The notes below the pieces were generated by a model. It made no database searches. It worked only from the letters and a program-made list of their open reading frames with translations, and was not told where the DNA came from. 64,000 bases of DNA from an uncultured Holophagales bacterium (GTDB lineage: Bacteria; Acidobacteriota; Thermoanaerobaculia; Multivoradales; UBA5704): positions 32,001 through 96,000 of the forward strand of contig CAWJGT010000032.1 in assembly GCA_963842525.1 (NCBI GenBank), written 5' to 3'. Shown in pieces: positions 50,916 through 60,976 of the stretch (position 1 is the first letter of the stretch; each line of letters opens with the position of its first letter). Made by a program: the position numbers and the translations under genes.

Positions 50916-53900
50916 ATGGAGGAGCGTCAACCGGATTTGCAGCGCCTGGAGTTTGTCCGCTGGCTCGCCGAATGCCAGAGAAACAACTCCATCGCAGTCG
51001 CCAAGAGCTTCAGGGTCGATCCTGACTGGCTGCAGGAAGCAAAGCTCAAATACCACGCACAGAGCTGGAGCTACCACGAGCTCCGGCTCGCCTACGAGCC
51101 GCGGAGCCTCGCGGTAACTCCACAGGGTGGCCAAGTGGCCGTCGGAACCAAGGCGGGCCAGATCCTGCTCGCGAGATGGGATGGCGAAGCCTGGCAGGAG
51201 CTCAGTGTCCCGGCTGAGAAGCTCTGGGGGAACTGGACCAACGAAAAGCCGCCGGGCTCGCCCAGTGCCGTCCGCGGCCTGCTCTTCCTCGACGATCATA
51301 GGCTCGTCGCCGGCTGGGGCTGGGGTGGCTACAGCGTCGTCGATGTCCCGCCGCAGGGTCAGATGCGGGTGGCCAACCTGCCGCAGGAGAAACTGCCCCA
51401 TGACAACTGGCAGGTCGAGGCCCGCCGATTCACTCGGCTGATCCATCTTTTTGACCCGCTGGGCTCTGTGCCTACCGCCGGAGGCCTCATCGTGGGGATC
51501 ACTAGGAAGGGGGATCTCTACGTCCTCGAGAGCACCGCGGCTGGAGGCTATGAGAGCGGCCGCCGGGAGCCCGAAGAGGTTTTCCCGAACTGGGACCGGA
51601 GCAAGGGAAGGGTCGTTGACGGCCTTTGGATCCACGGCTATCTCTGGCTCCTCACGTCCCGGGGGCATCTGCTCCAGCTCAATCGTGGCCGAAACCTCGT
51701 CTTCGAACGCTCTGACCCGGTGGATCGTCCGAAACGTGACGCCGTCTTCCGCCGCTTGGCAGCCTGCGAGGCGGGTCTGGCAGTGCTGGCGGCCGAGAGC
51801 GTCACCTTCCAGTGGTTTTCCTGGAAGCCCGGGCGCGACCATCCGGAGATCGACGCGACGGCGCCGCGGTGGTTTCACATTTCAGGCGCCATGGACTGCA
51901 GCGCCTGCCTGCCGTATCCCGTGCTGGGCGACCCCCAGCAGGTCTATTTCGACTGGGGCAAGGGGAAGAATCCGGTCTGGATCGTGGTCTCGACGGACGA
52001 GCCCGGCCTGCGCTGGATCTCCTGGAGCCGGCCGGAGCGCTCGTCCCCAGAGAGCCCGGGGAGCGAAGAGGCCCAGGGCTGGCCGACTGCCGCCGCGGCG
52101 AGCTTCACGGTGGTCGAGGGGGGGAGAGTTTTGTATGTCGGCGTCGGGCGGCCTGCGCCGGCCACCTCCGCGAGCCCCCACGCCACCCCCTTCCTCGTCT
52201 GTGGGACTCGTGACCAGAGGCTCGTCATCGCGTCCGTGCTCGACCGTGACACGTGCGACGCCGAGCTGAAAAAGCAGATGAAGTGGCTGTCCGAGCAGGA
52301 TGGGGAGGAGCGGGATAGGAAGAAGCGGGAGCGCCTGTGGAAAAAGGCGAACGGTGTCCGCTGGTGGTGCCTTCTGCGCCGCATCCAGGACGACTTCGGT
52401 CTCCTCCTGGATGATGATGAGCCCGGTGTTGCCGAGAGGGCACTCGACGCCGCCGATCTGCTGGACTGCACGGAAAAAGGTAACCTCCGTTATCTCGCCG
52501 TGTTCCTCGTGCGGTCGAGAAATCAGAAAGGAAAGGGGGTGGATGCTGACTCCGTGCTCGCGCGGTGGATGCCGCGCCTGCTCCGGCGAGCCAACGAGCT
52601 TGGCCCCGAGGTGGATCTGGAGATCGCCCGCCTCCTGTACACGAGCCTGCAGAGGGGGGCCGAAGAGCACAACGACGACAGCCTTGGCGCATTGGCCGGT
52701 TTCGTACGCAAATGGGTGGTCCACGGCCGGACCTACGCCGAGAAGAAGTCCAACCTGCTCGAGATCTATCAATGGAACCGTGACTGCGGCCGGAACCTGG
52801 ATGCGCTCGTCTATCTGACTCGGCTCCTGCGCCAGCGCACCGACCATCGCTGGGAGGCGGCTCCCCCGACAGGCCCCTGGACGCCGACGGTCTGGAGCCT
52901 GGCGACGACTCAGAAGGAAGAGCTCACGTTCGTCTCCCTGGCGGACGGCGCCCTGTGCGCAATCACGAGTGACGGGAAAGTCGTTCCGTGGCAGGACGAC
53001 GCAGTCGACCTCTCTCTCCATCACCTGCTCAAGACGGCAGGCGGGCTGCGCCTTGAACGCAGCGACGCACGGAAGTTCGAGGAGAAATACCAGCACGGAC
53101 CGTACGCTCGCTCCCTTTGGCTCACATCGCTTTCGGCCGGCGGGGGCGAGTATCTGCTCGCTTTCTGCCTGAAAGGCTGGCGCCGCCAGGAGCGGCTGGA
53201 GCACCCGCACAAGCGCGGCCCCATCGTTTACGTCCTGCGCCTCCGGCCGCATGTCGATGGCGTCAAGATCATGGCGGTCGGGTCCGCGGGGGTCTGCAGC
53301 GAGCTCTATTCGCTCTGCGAGATCGAGAAGCTCCAGTCAGGGGGCGGACCGCCGGTTCCTCTTGGTCGCCGGTACGAGCGGGAGCTGGGCCGAGAAGGAC
53401 GACGACGCGAAAACCTGGTCGCCTTGGCCCTTCGTCGAGGTCGAAATCAGGATGCAGGATGGCCCCTTGTCGGTCAAGGCCATTCCGGTCAAGATCGACC
53501 GCTTCAAGGAGAGCGAGCGCAGCGTCTTCCGCCAGGAGACCGTCATTCCGGAGTCGGCCTACAACCCTTGCTGGGCGATCGTGCGGTCCGCAGTCGAGGG
53601 GGAGGCTGGTGGGCCGCCGGAGACCTGGATCTGGGCCGGCTTTCAGGACGGCAACATCCGCGGCTACTGCCTGGGGCATAGCGAGCAGAGCGGCGAGCAG
53701 AGGAGATGGGTCGAAGGGGGCGGCACGACGCCGTCCCGGCGCGGGCTCCAGGTGACGGGTGCAGTCTGGCGGCTCCACGCCTTTAAGGGGCAGGCCGGCA
53801 AGCCCATGCTGGCCTATGGGACCGGCGACGGCGTCGTCGGGGCCGTCTTTCTGGAAGATCTGAAGACCAAGAACCAAGGCGAGCCGGTTGGCTTTCTGAT

Positions 53901-56900
53901 CCATTCGCGGGAGGGGAGCCCCATCAGCGGGCTGATGGACTTCGAGGACTCCGAGGACGGAAAGCCCCTGCCCTACCTGATGTCCGTGACCCAGGATGGC
54001 GTTGTCTCCATCTTCAGCCTCGACTATCACCTCTGGAGCCGCTCGGACGCCGAGCCTCACCGCCGGGGGTTCAGGTTCCACTATCCCGGCCTGCAGGTCG
54101 ACCGTTTTCGGGTCGCATGCGCCACCAGGGTGGCCTCCTGGTTCGGGCCACACCGGGGGCTGGACGCCGCAGCTCCCGAGAGGCGGCCCCAGCTCCTGCT
54201 CGGCAGCGCGGACGGCCGGGTTCACAGATACCAGCTCGAGCTGCCTCTGTACAGTGAGCGCCGGCGCGGCAGGGTCCCCGAGATGAAGGAGCTGATGGAG
54301 GCCGCGAAGCAGGGGCGGCCGGTGTCCTTCATTGTCCCCTGCGAGGAGGACGTTCCGGCGTCCGTCGGCTCCGGGTCGGCAGGGATCCACCAGTGGCTGC
54401 GGGTCCTTCACACCGGCGAGGAGCTGCTCCGCTTCTCGATCTGGTATGAGCTGCGTCAGGCCGGCAGGTTCCTGGACGAGATCGGAAATGATCAGAAAGC
54501 GGCGTTCAACGGCTATATGGACACCATCCGCCGTCTTGCCTCCGAGATCTACCGCCGGCACCCCTTCAGCAAAGAGCCGGCGAAGATGATCTGGCACGAA
54601 GCGGGCCGGATCGCGACGGAGATCGCCCTTGCGGCCTGCAAGCGTTCAGTCTTAGGCGCTGAGCCGGACCCTCGGCTGAAGATGCTCCTGGAGCAGTACC
54701 GCGAGCTGAACATCCTGCTGTCCGATCTCTGTAATCGCTGGATCGGCGTCGGCCATTCGCTTGAGTCGACTGTGCTCATCCATAGTTTTAAGCACATGTT
54801 TGACTGGACGGCGGTCATCCTGCTTGCGACCGACCAGCAGCCGCGGGACGTGGCCAACGACGTTCGTCGAATGCTGGTCTACACCCTGATCCAGAGGCGC
54901 CTCAATTTCGTCGACTACGTGGTCCCTCTGGAAACGATGCGGGCGATCAACACCGCCATCCTGCGAGCTATCGCCAATAACCGGAAAGGTGGCAAGGAGG
55001 GGATCGAGCCGCGGCGCTTCGTGATTGTACCGCCAGGAGGAGAGGAGACAGGGGCCGGACATGCCACAGGGTTCTTCGACCTGATGACCATCGTCGGCGA
55101 TCTGTGGGAGCGCCTCTCGGACTCCCTCTCCCCTGCGGATCCGCTACTCAGCGAGATAGTCCGGTTCTTCTCCCTGAGCCTGCTGCTAGTGCCCGACAGC
55201 GCCCTCTTGACCGGCCAGGTGGTGAGTGAGAGCCGCCTCACAGAGAAGGGCACCGGGCTGGCCGACCTGATTCTCCACGAAGCCAAGACATTGCGGAAGG
55301 AGTTCCAAGAGCAGGGGTGGAAAGAGGACAAGGACCAGAGCGTGCTTCTGAACCAAGGGCTTGCACGTTATCACGCCTATTTCCAGCAGAGCGCCGACTT
55401 TTCGATCGTCGATCCCGAGACGGGGATCCCCGAGAGGCGGAGCGACAGCCGCACCGGCGCAGGAGAGGACAAGGGAGAGACATCGTGGGGCTTCTTCGCC
55501 CGGGAAGCGGAGGACCTGATCGCCAAGGGAAAGGGAAAGCTGGGCCTCTTTTCCGACGAGAGCATGCTCTCTGAGCAGTACCAGGTGATGCAGGCTGCCG
55601 CTTGGCTCTCGGACCTGCACCGGCCGATCGTTCGTGAGGACGGTCGCGAGGGCTTTCAAGAAGCTCGCCGAGTGGTTCCAGCAGGAAGAGCGCTACTACG
55701 CGGGAAAAATCTCACGAGCGGAGCTTGAAACGTTCCTGCCCAACCTCCCCAAGCCCCTCCACTGGCCCTTGGCGCCATGGAGCGAGACTAAGTTCTTCAA
55801 CCATTCCAAAGAATATCTGCGGAGGCTCGCGAAGGTGCGGCAGGAGGTCCGCAAACTGGCGCGGCTCGTCAAGGGAGCGTCGGCGGCGCCGGTGGACGAC
55901 GGGAGGTCTGCCATCCAGGCCGCCATCGACCTTTGCGATAAGACCCTCGCGGAGCTTCCGCAAGCCTACCTTTTCCGCCCCAAGCGCGACCACTACGAGC
56001 AAGTGATCCGGCGATGGCGCAATCAGCTCGTGAAACAGGCCCACGAGGCAATCACCGTCCTCGACATGCTCGATCAGTTCAACCGACACGTCTACAGGAC
56101 GTCCGCGGACATCCTCATGGATAACCTCGTCAATCTCTCAATGCAGGTGGCTCCCATTTCCTACGTCGAAAAGGTAGGCAATGATGAGTGGCAGCAGACC
56201 TGGCAGCAGGCCTTGGAGGGCCCGCTTCGCTTGCTCCTTCACCGCAGGCTGCGCGGCCATCCCCTGGTCCAGCAGGTCTTCGAGACTGGCGAGAGGCTCG
56301 TCGAGAGCACCCATCTGGCGGGCGCGCTCCTCACGGTGGCTCGCGACTATGTAGGCAAGCCCGGCGAGCTCGGCCGCCGGCCGCCGACCGCCCGGGTCGT
56401 CAGCATGGGCGAGATCAAAAAGAGCATGGAAGAAGCGGCCCGCCGGATGGGAATCCGTGGGGACGAGACGTGGACGATCGGCGCCGGGCTCCGGGACCGG
56501 AAAGCGCCGGGGAGCCCCGCCATCTGGGAGCTGATCGCTCAGGAATTCGCCACGAACATCGCCAAGTACTCCCAGATCGACCTCAGCGCTTCCCAGAAAC
56601 CGGAGCGCGTCCTCATGCGGGCCGATGTGCAGGAAGACCATGAAGGCCGCCTGTATGTGCTGATCGCGGCCAACGTTCCCTATCTGTGGACTGTGGGCGA
56701 CAAGGAGCGCAAGCGGTATGAACGGGATCTGGCGTCCGCACAGGCGGTGGAGGAGATTGAGCAGAATCTCCAGAGCTTTCTTCACGCCCGTGAGCGCGGG
56801 CATGACGACGATCGGGGAGCCGGCATGGGCCTCTACATGATCGACAAGATTACCGAAATGTGTGACATTCAGACGCAGCTTCTGCTTTTCAATCCCGATG

Positions 56901-57001
56901 AGAAGGTGAGCGGCGCCGCCGGGGAGATCACACCGCAGGAAAAGCTCGGGTATCCGCTCTGTCTCTGTCTTTCCTGGAAGGAGGAGAACGGCCGTGGGTG
57001 A
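50916..57001 (+). CDS. ~2,030-aa soluble protein with beta-propeller-like and helical regions and a C-terminal histidine-kinase-like (DHp/HATPase_c) module; two +1 frameshifts in homopolymer runs (~53340, ~55652)
   Basis: AGGAGG RBS + ATG. WD-like blades (RSLAVTPQGGQVAVGTKAGQI, IWAGFQDGNIRGY, LAYGTGDGVV, LLLGSADGRVHRY). H-box-like NRHVYRT, N-box-like EFATNIAKYS, G2-like GAGMGLYMI. Deleting one base at each junction joins ORFs 50871-53681, 53251-55728 and 55634-57001. Confidence 0.7.
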
Positions 57002-58712
57002 GGAGGTGAAGGCGGCGCTTCTGCGCGCCGCCTGGGAGTATGGGAAGCTCGGTCTGCTGGTGGACGACTCGGCCGAGAGCTCGACTCGATTGGCGCGGGC
57101 GATCTATTGCAGCGAGGCGCTTCCTCGGTGGTGGATGCAGGTGTGCTCTCTGGACTGTGCCTGCAAGGCTCTGGAAGCGCTCGAGGAGATCCTGCGCGAT
57201 TCGGAGTTCGGCACTCTGCGCGGCCTCGTGGTCATCGACCGCTACCTCCCCCTCCATTGCGGCGGAGGCAAGGCCATCCCCTGGGATTGGGCCGATTACC
57301 CTCGCAACGAAAAAGAGAGAGCCGTCACTGAACGGCTCCGCGAGAGGGTGGGGGCTGTCAAGAGCACCGAGCTCGGAACCAGCAAAATCGGTCCCAAGCT
57401 CGCCTGTCATGTGCTCTTCGTGACGAGCTTTCCGGCGATCACCGCGAGGACGGCACAGGCGGACGAGAGCGCTGTCAAGTGGCAGACCCGCAGCGTCGAG
57501 CTGCTACAGGAGGAGCGTCGCAAGATCCAGAAGAGTGACCAGTGGAATGTGCTTCTGCGCTTTGGACCGGAGGAGGCAGCCCGGATCAAACAGGACACTC
57601 CTCCCAAAGACCTCCTGGACAAGAACCGCGCCGCGGAGGCCAAGTGGCGCGCCAGGACTTGGCGGCGGAACATTGAGCGAGTCGCCCAACTGCTGAAGAA
57701 CAACGATCCCGTGATCCTGCTCACCGGAGCGGGGGCGTCTCTGGCCGTAAGCCCGACAGCCCCAGGGATGCCCTCGACGCACCGGCTCCTCCAGGAGGCC
57801 TGCGAGCGCGTCCGAAAAATCCGCATCGACGAGGACAGGGGGCGCGGAACCCTGCCGGACGCCGACTGTGCCTGCCAGGCTCGCAGCGCTCCGGTGTTCC
57901 AAAAAAGGGAGGAGTGGAAGCGGGACTCCGGCAAGGCTCCGATCGATTGGCTGGTGGATCAGTCGATGACAAAGGATGGCGTTGCCGGCGTTGACTGGAA
58001 ACTGGAAATCCTTTTCTCGCGAGACGAGCACGACCGGCTGAAGGGAAAGGTCAGCTTCGACGACTTCCATAACGCCTTTCGCGATGCCCTTCACCGCTGG
58101 GACTTCGGTGTTGCCTTCCAGCACTGGATCCTTGCCCGGCTTCGCTGGTCCGGCATCGTCACTACTAACTTCGACGCCTTTCATGAGCGCGCGACGGCTG
58201 AAGTGGTCACACTGCCCTGGCTGAAAGTGGAAGATCGATTGTCCTACCTGAGCCGGGGCATGCTGGTGCCCATCCCCTCCTCAGATGTAGACCTTCCGAA
58301 GGGGGAGGGCAGATTGTTCAAGCCCTATGGGAACCTCTACTCCTCGGAAGGAACCTTGGCACTGGATTTCCGCCAGATCGAGTCATTCCAAAAATTCTTC
58401 CGCCGGGCGTTCGTTGGGGCGCTGAAGAGAGGAAAGGATATCCCGGGAGCCCTGGTCGTCGTGGGGCACTCGATGCGAGACGATTCGATTTGCCGAGTAC
58501 TCGAAGACAACGAGGAAAAGCTTCGGGATTTTGAACTCCTGTGGGTTGATCCGAGCGCGTACGAGCGCTGCTCGCAGAAGGAGGAAAAAGAGCGGACGGT
58601 TTGGGAGCGCTGGATCTGGGCCAGAGTTCAAGGCGACCCGCGCGGCGGGCCGGTGCCAGCCACGGCCCTGGAGTTTCTCAGCGATCTCTGGGCGAGGTAC
58701 CAGGAGCTGTGA
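56994..58712 (+). CDS. Receiver (REC)-like domain fused to a SIR2-like (SIR2_2) domain
   Basis: REC: LLVDD, LVVIDRYLP (D82), VLFVTSF, VKW. SIR2: VILLTGAGAS...GMPS, IVTTNFD, FKPYG, LVVVGHSMRD, WVDP. Overlaps the upstream gene by 8 bp; AAGGAGGA RBS. Confidence 0.82.
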   Translation: MGEEVKAALLRAAWEYGKLGLLVDDSAESSTRLARAIYCSEALPRWWMQVCSLDCACKALEALEEILRDSEFGTLRGLVVIDRYLPLHCGGGKAIPWDWADYPRNEKERAVTERLRERVGAVKSTELGTSKIGPKLACHVLFVTSFPAITARTAQADESAVKWQTRSVELLQEERRKIQKSDQWNVLLRFGPEEAARIKQDTPPKDLLDKNRAAEAKWRARTWRRNIERVAQLLKNNDPVILLTGAGASLAVSPTAPGMPSTHRLLQEACERVRKIRIDEDRGRGTLPDADCACQARSAPVFQKREEWKRDSGKAPIDWLVDQSMTKDGVAGVDWKLEILFSRDEHDRLKGKVSFDDFHNAFRDALHRWDFGVAFQHWILARLRWSGIVTTNFDAFHERATAEVVTLPWLKVEDRLSYLSRGMLVPIPSSDVDLPKGEGRLFKPYGNLYSSEGTLALDFRQIESFQKFFRRAFVGALKRGKDIPGALVVVGHSMRDDSICRVLEDNEEKLRDFELLWVDPSAYERCSQKEEKERTVWERWIWARVQGDPRGGPVPATALEFLSDLWARYQEL

Positions 58713-58799
58713 GCCGCGGAGTTCTCCGAGAATCCGGCTGTGAGGTTCCGCGCGTAGATTCGTCGATGGCCGCGGGAGGCCCGCGTGTCTGGAGCCCTC

Positions 58800-59570
58800 A
58801 TGACCGAAGAAGCCGTGCCCGACCAGGAGCCTGAGCCCGCCGAGCCTGTTCCGGTAGCAGCCGCGCCGGAGTCCGAACCTTCCCCTCCGCCGCCCGTCCC
58901 GGCGCGGCCTCTCCTGGTGCGCCGCCATCACTGGATCGTCCGCGCGACCCATTGGGCCAACGCCGTGCTGCTCGTCGGCATGATCGGGAGCGGGCTCCAG
59001 ATCTATAACGCGTTCACCCACTTCGGCCTGCGCGGCGACCCCTATCTGCCGAACCCCTGGGAAGGCCAGCCGTTCCCGGGCAAGGTCCGCCTGGGCGGCT
59101 GGTTGGCTGGCGGGCTCAACTGGCATTTCGCTCTTGCCTGGCCGTTCGTCCTCACCGGGCTGGTCTATCTCGTCTATCTCGCGGCCTCGGGGGAGTGGCG
59201 CTCGCTGCTCTTCCGGCCGAGCGACGTGCCGCGGGCCTGGCGGATGCAGCTCTATTACCTGCGGCTGCGCAAGGACCATCCGCCGCAGGGCAAGCACAAT
59301 GCCTTGCAGAAAGCCGCCTACACCTCGATCTTCCTGCTGGGGGTGCTGTCGGTGCTCAGCGGGTTCGCCATCTACAAGCCGGTCCAGCTCTCCTGGCTGG
59401 TGGTGGCGTTCGGCGGCTATGAGCTCGCCCGCTACTGGCACTTCTGGACCGTCTGGCTCTTCGTCGCGTTCTCGCTGGTCCACGTGGCGATGGTTTTCCT
59501 GGTCGATCCCGCGTCCCTGCGGGCAATGATCACCGGCAGATACCGGGGGAGGTTCCCGAGCCATGACTGA
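58800..59570 (+). CDS. Cytochrome b subunit (Ni/Fe-hydrogenase cyt b / YdhU-like)
   Basis: VRATHWAN, SGLQIYN, NWHF, HNALQK.AY, ARYWHF, LVHV (haem-binding His). Confidence 0.88.
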   Translation: MTEEAVPDQEPEPAEPVPVAAAPESEPSPPPPVPARPLLVRRHHWIVRATHWANAVLLVGMIGSGLQIYNAFTHFGLRGDPYLPNPWEGQPFPGKVRLGGWLAGGLNWHFALAWPFVLTGLVYLVYLAASGEWRSLLFRPSDVPRAWRMQLYYLRLRKDHPPQGKHNALQKAAYTSIFLLGVLSVLSGFAIYKPVQLSWLVVAFGGYELARYWHFWTVWLFVAFSLVHVAMVFLVDPASLRAMITGRYRGRFPSHD

Positions 59571-60294
59571 TCCGGCCGATCGGACATCTCTCTCTCGCCG
59601 CGACCTCTTCCGCCTGGGGCTGGTGGCGGGGTCGGCCACGCTCGCCTCGGCCTGCGGCTGGCGGGGCGGCCCCCTGGAGCCCCGGCTGCGCGCTTTCTCC
59701 CGGGTCAACGACTGGGTCGGAGAGAAGATCTTCCTCTCAAACAGCCGGGCCGCGCCGGAGTATCCGGTGTCGGCGCGGACACCGCCCCGCCACTTCCCGG
59801 CCTATACCCAGACCCGCGGTTTTCCGCGCCTGGAGGACCCTACTGCCTGGGCGCTCGAGGTGGGAGGGCTCGTCCGCGGCCCCCTGCGGCTCACCCTGGA
59901 GATGATTCAGGCCCTCCCACGGGTGACCTACACCGTCAAGCACCACTGTGTTGAGGGGTGGACCGCCATCGGCACCTGGACCGGGGCGCCGCTGTCGGCC
60001 TTGATCTCCATGGCGCAGCCGGCGGACGCGGCGCGCTACCTGCGCTTCGACTCCTTCGACAAGAAGTACTACAACGGCTGGGACCTGAAGAGCGCGATGC
60101 ACCCGCAGACGATCCTGGCCTACGCCTTCAACGACCGGCCCCTGGGAGTGGACCGGGGTGCGCCGCTGCGGCTGTACGCGCCGATCAAGCTCGGCTACAA
60201 GATGACCAAGTACCTCACGAGCATCACTTTCACCGCCGACCGCCCGGGCGGCTCCTGGGAGGACGCGGGGTACCCGTGGTTCGGGGGGATCTGA
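59563..60294 (+). CDS. Molybdopterin-dependent oxidoreductase (sulfite oxidase/MsrP-like), Tat-exported
   Basis: SRRDLF twin-arginine signal; HHCVEGW, MHPQTILAY, GAPLRL, LGYKMTKY, GGSWED.GY. Confidence 0.9.
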   Translation: MTDPADRTSLSRRDLFRLGLVAGSATLASACGWRGGPLEPRLRAFSRVNDWVGEKIFLSNSRAAPEYPVSARTPPRHFPAYTQTRGFPRLEDPTAWALEVGGLVRGPLRLTLEMIQALPRVTYTVKHHCVEGWTAIGTWTGAPLSALISMAQPADAARYLRFDSFDKKYYNGWDLKSAMHPQTILAYAFNDRPLGVDRGAPLRLYAPIKLGYKMTKYLTSITFTADRPGGSWEDAGYPWFGGI

Positions 60295-60325
60295 GCCTCC
60301 TGGAAAGCCCGGCTATACTTGGGCT

Positions 60326-60562
60326 ATGAAAGCCGCAGTCTCACTTCCCGATCCTTTGGCCGCAGCCGCCGACGAGTTGGCGAGGCGGTTGGGGATCTCC
60401 CGCAGCGAGCTTTTCACCGCGGCGGTCGAAGCCTTCCTGAGAAGCCATCGCCAGACGGGGGTCACCGAAAAGCTCAACCAAGTCTACCGGGAAGAGGAGT
60501 CGTCCCTCGACCCTGTGATGGCTGCCATTCAGTCGGCCTCCATTCCGCGTGACGAGTGGTGA
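60326..60562 (+). CDS. RHH/ChpI-like antitoxin
   Basis: MKAAVSLPD.L...AD.LA..LGISRSEL; VTEKLNQVY; overlaps the toxin gene; TATACT 6 nt before the ATG. Confidence 0.85.
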   Translation: MKAAVSLPDPLAAAADELARRLGISRSELFTAAVEAFLRSHRQTGVTEKLNQVYREEESSLDPVMAAIQSASIPRDEW

Positions 60563-60900
60563 TTCGGCGGGGGGACATCTGGTGGGCCTCTCTGCCGGAG
60601 CCCCTGGGCTCTGAGCCAGGGGGACGTCGGCCCATCGTCATTGTGCAGGCCGACAGCTTCAACGAAAGCTCCATCCAGACGGTCCTCGCCGTCATCTTGA
60701 CGACCAATCTTCACCTTGCCGAGGCCCCCGGGAACGTGCTCCTTCGGAGCCGCCAGACCGGGCTGCCGAAAGACAGCGTCGCCAATGTGTCGCAGGTAGC
60801 CACTGTGGATCGGCGGTTTCTGACCGAATGTGTCGGCCGGCTCTCTGACCCCCTTCTCCAGCGCATCGAACAGGGATTACGCTTGGTTTTGGACCTCTAG
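60559..60900 (+). CDS. mazF: MazF/PemK-family endoribonuclease toxin
   Basis: RRGDIWWA, GSEPGGRRP.VIVQ, LTTN, DSVANVSQ..TVD. Confidence 0.92.
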   Translation: MIRRGDIWWASLPEPLGSEPGGRRPIVIVQADSFNESSIQTVLAVILTTNLHLAEAPGNVLLRSRQTGLPKDSVANVSQVATVDRRFLTECVGRLSDPLLQRIEQGLRLVLDL

Positions 60901-60976
60901 CTGCAGGATCAGGCGGCGAGGCTGTAGTACTCTCTACCGTATGAGCCAGGGCCCTTCTGCCTGGGGGAGAACGCTC

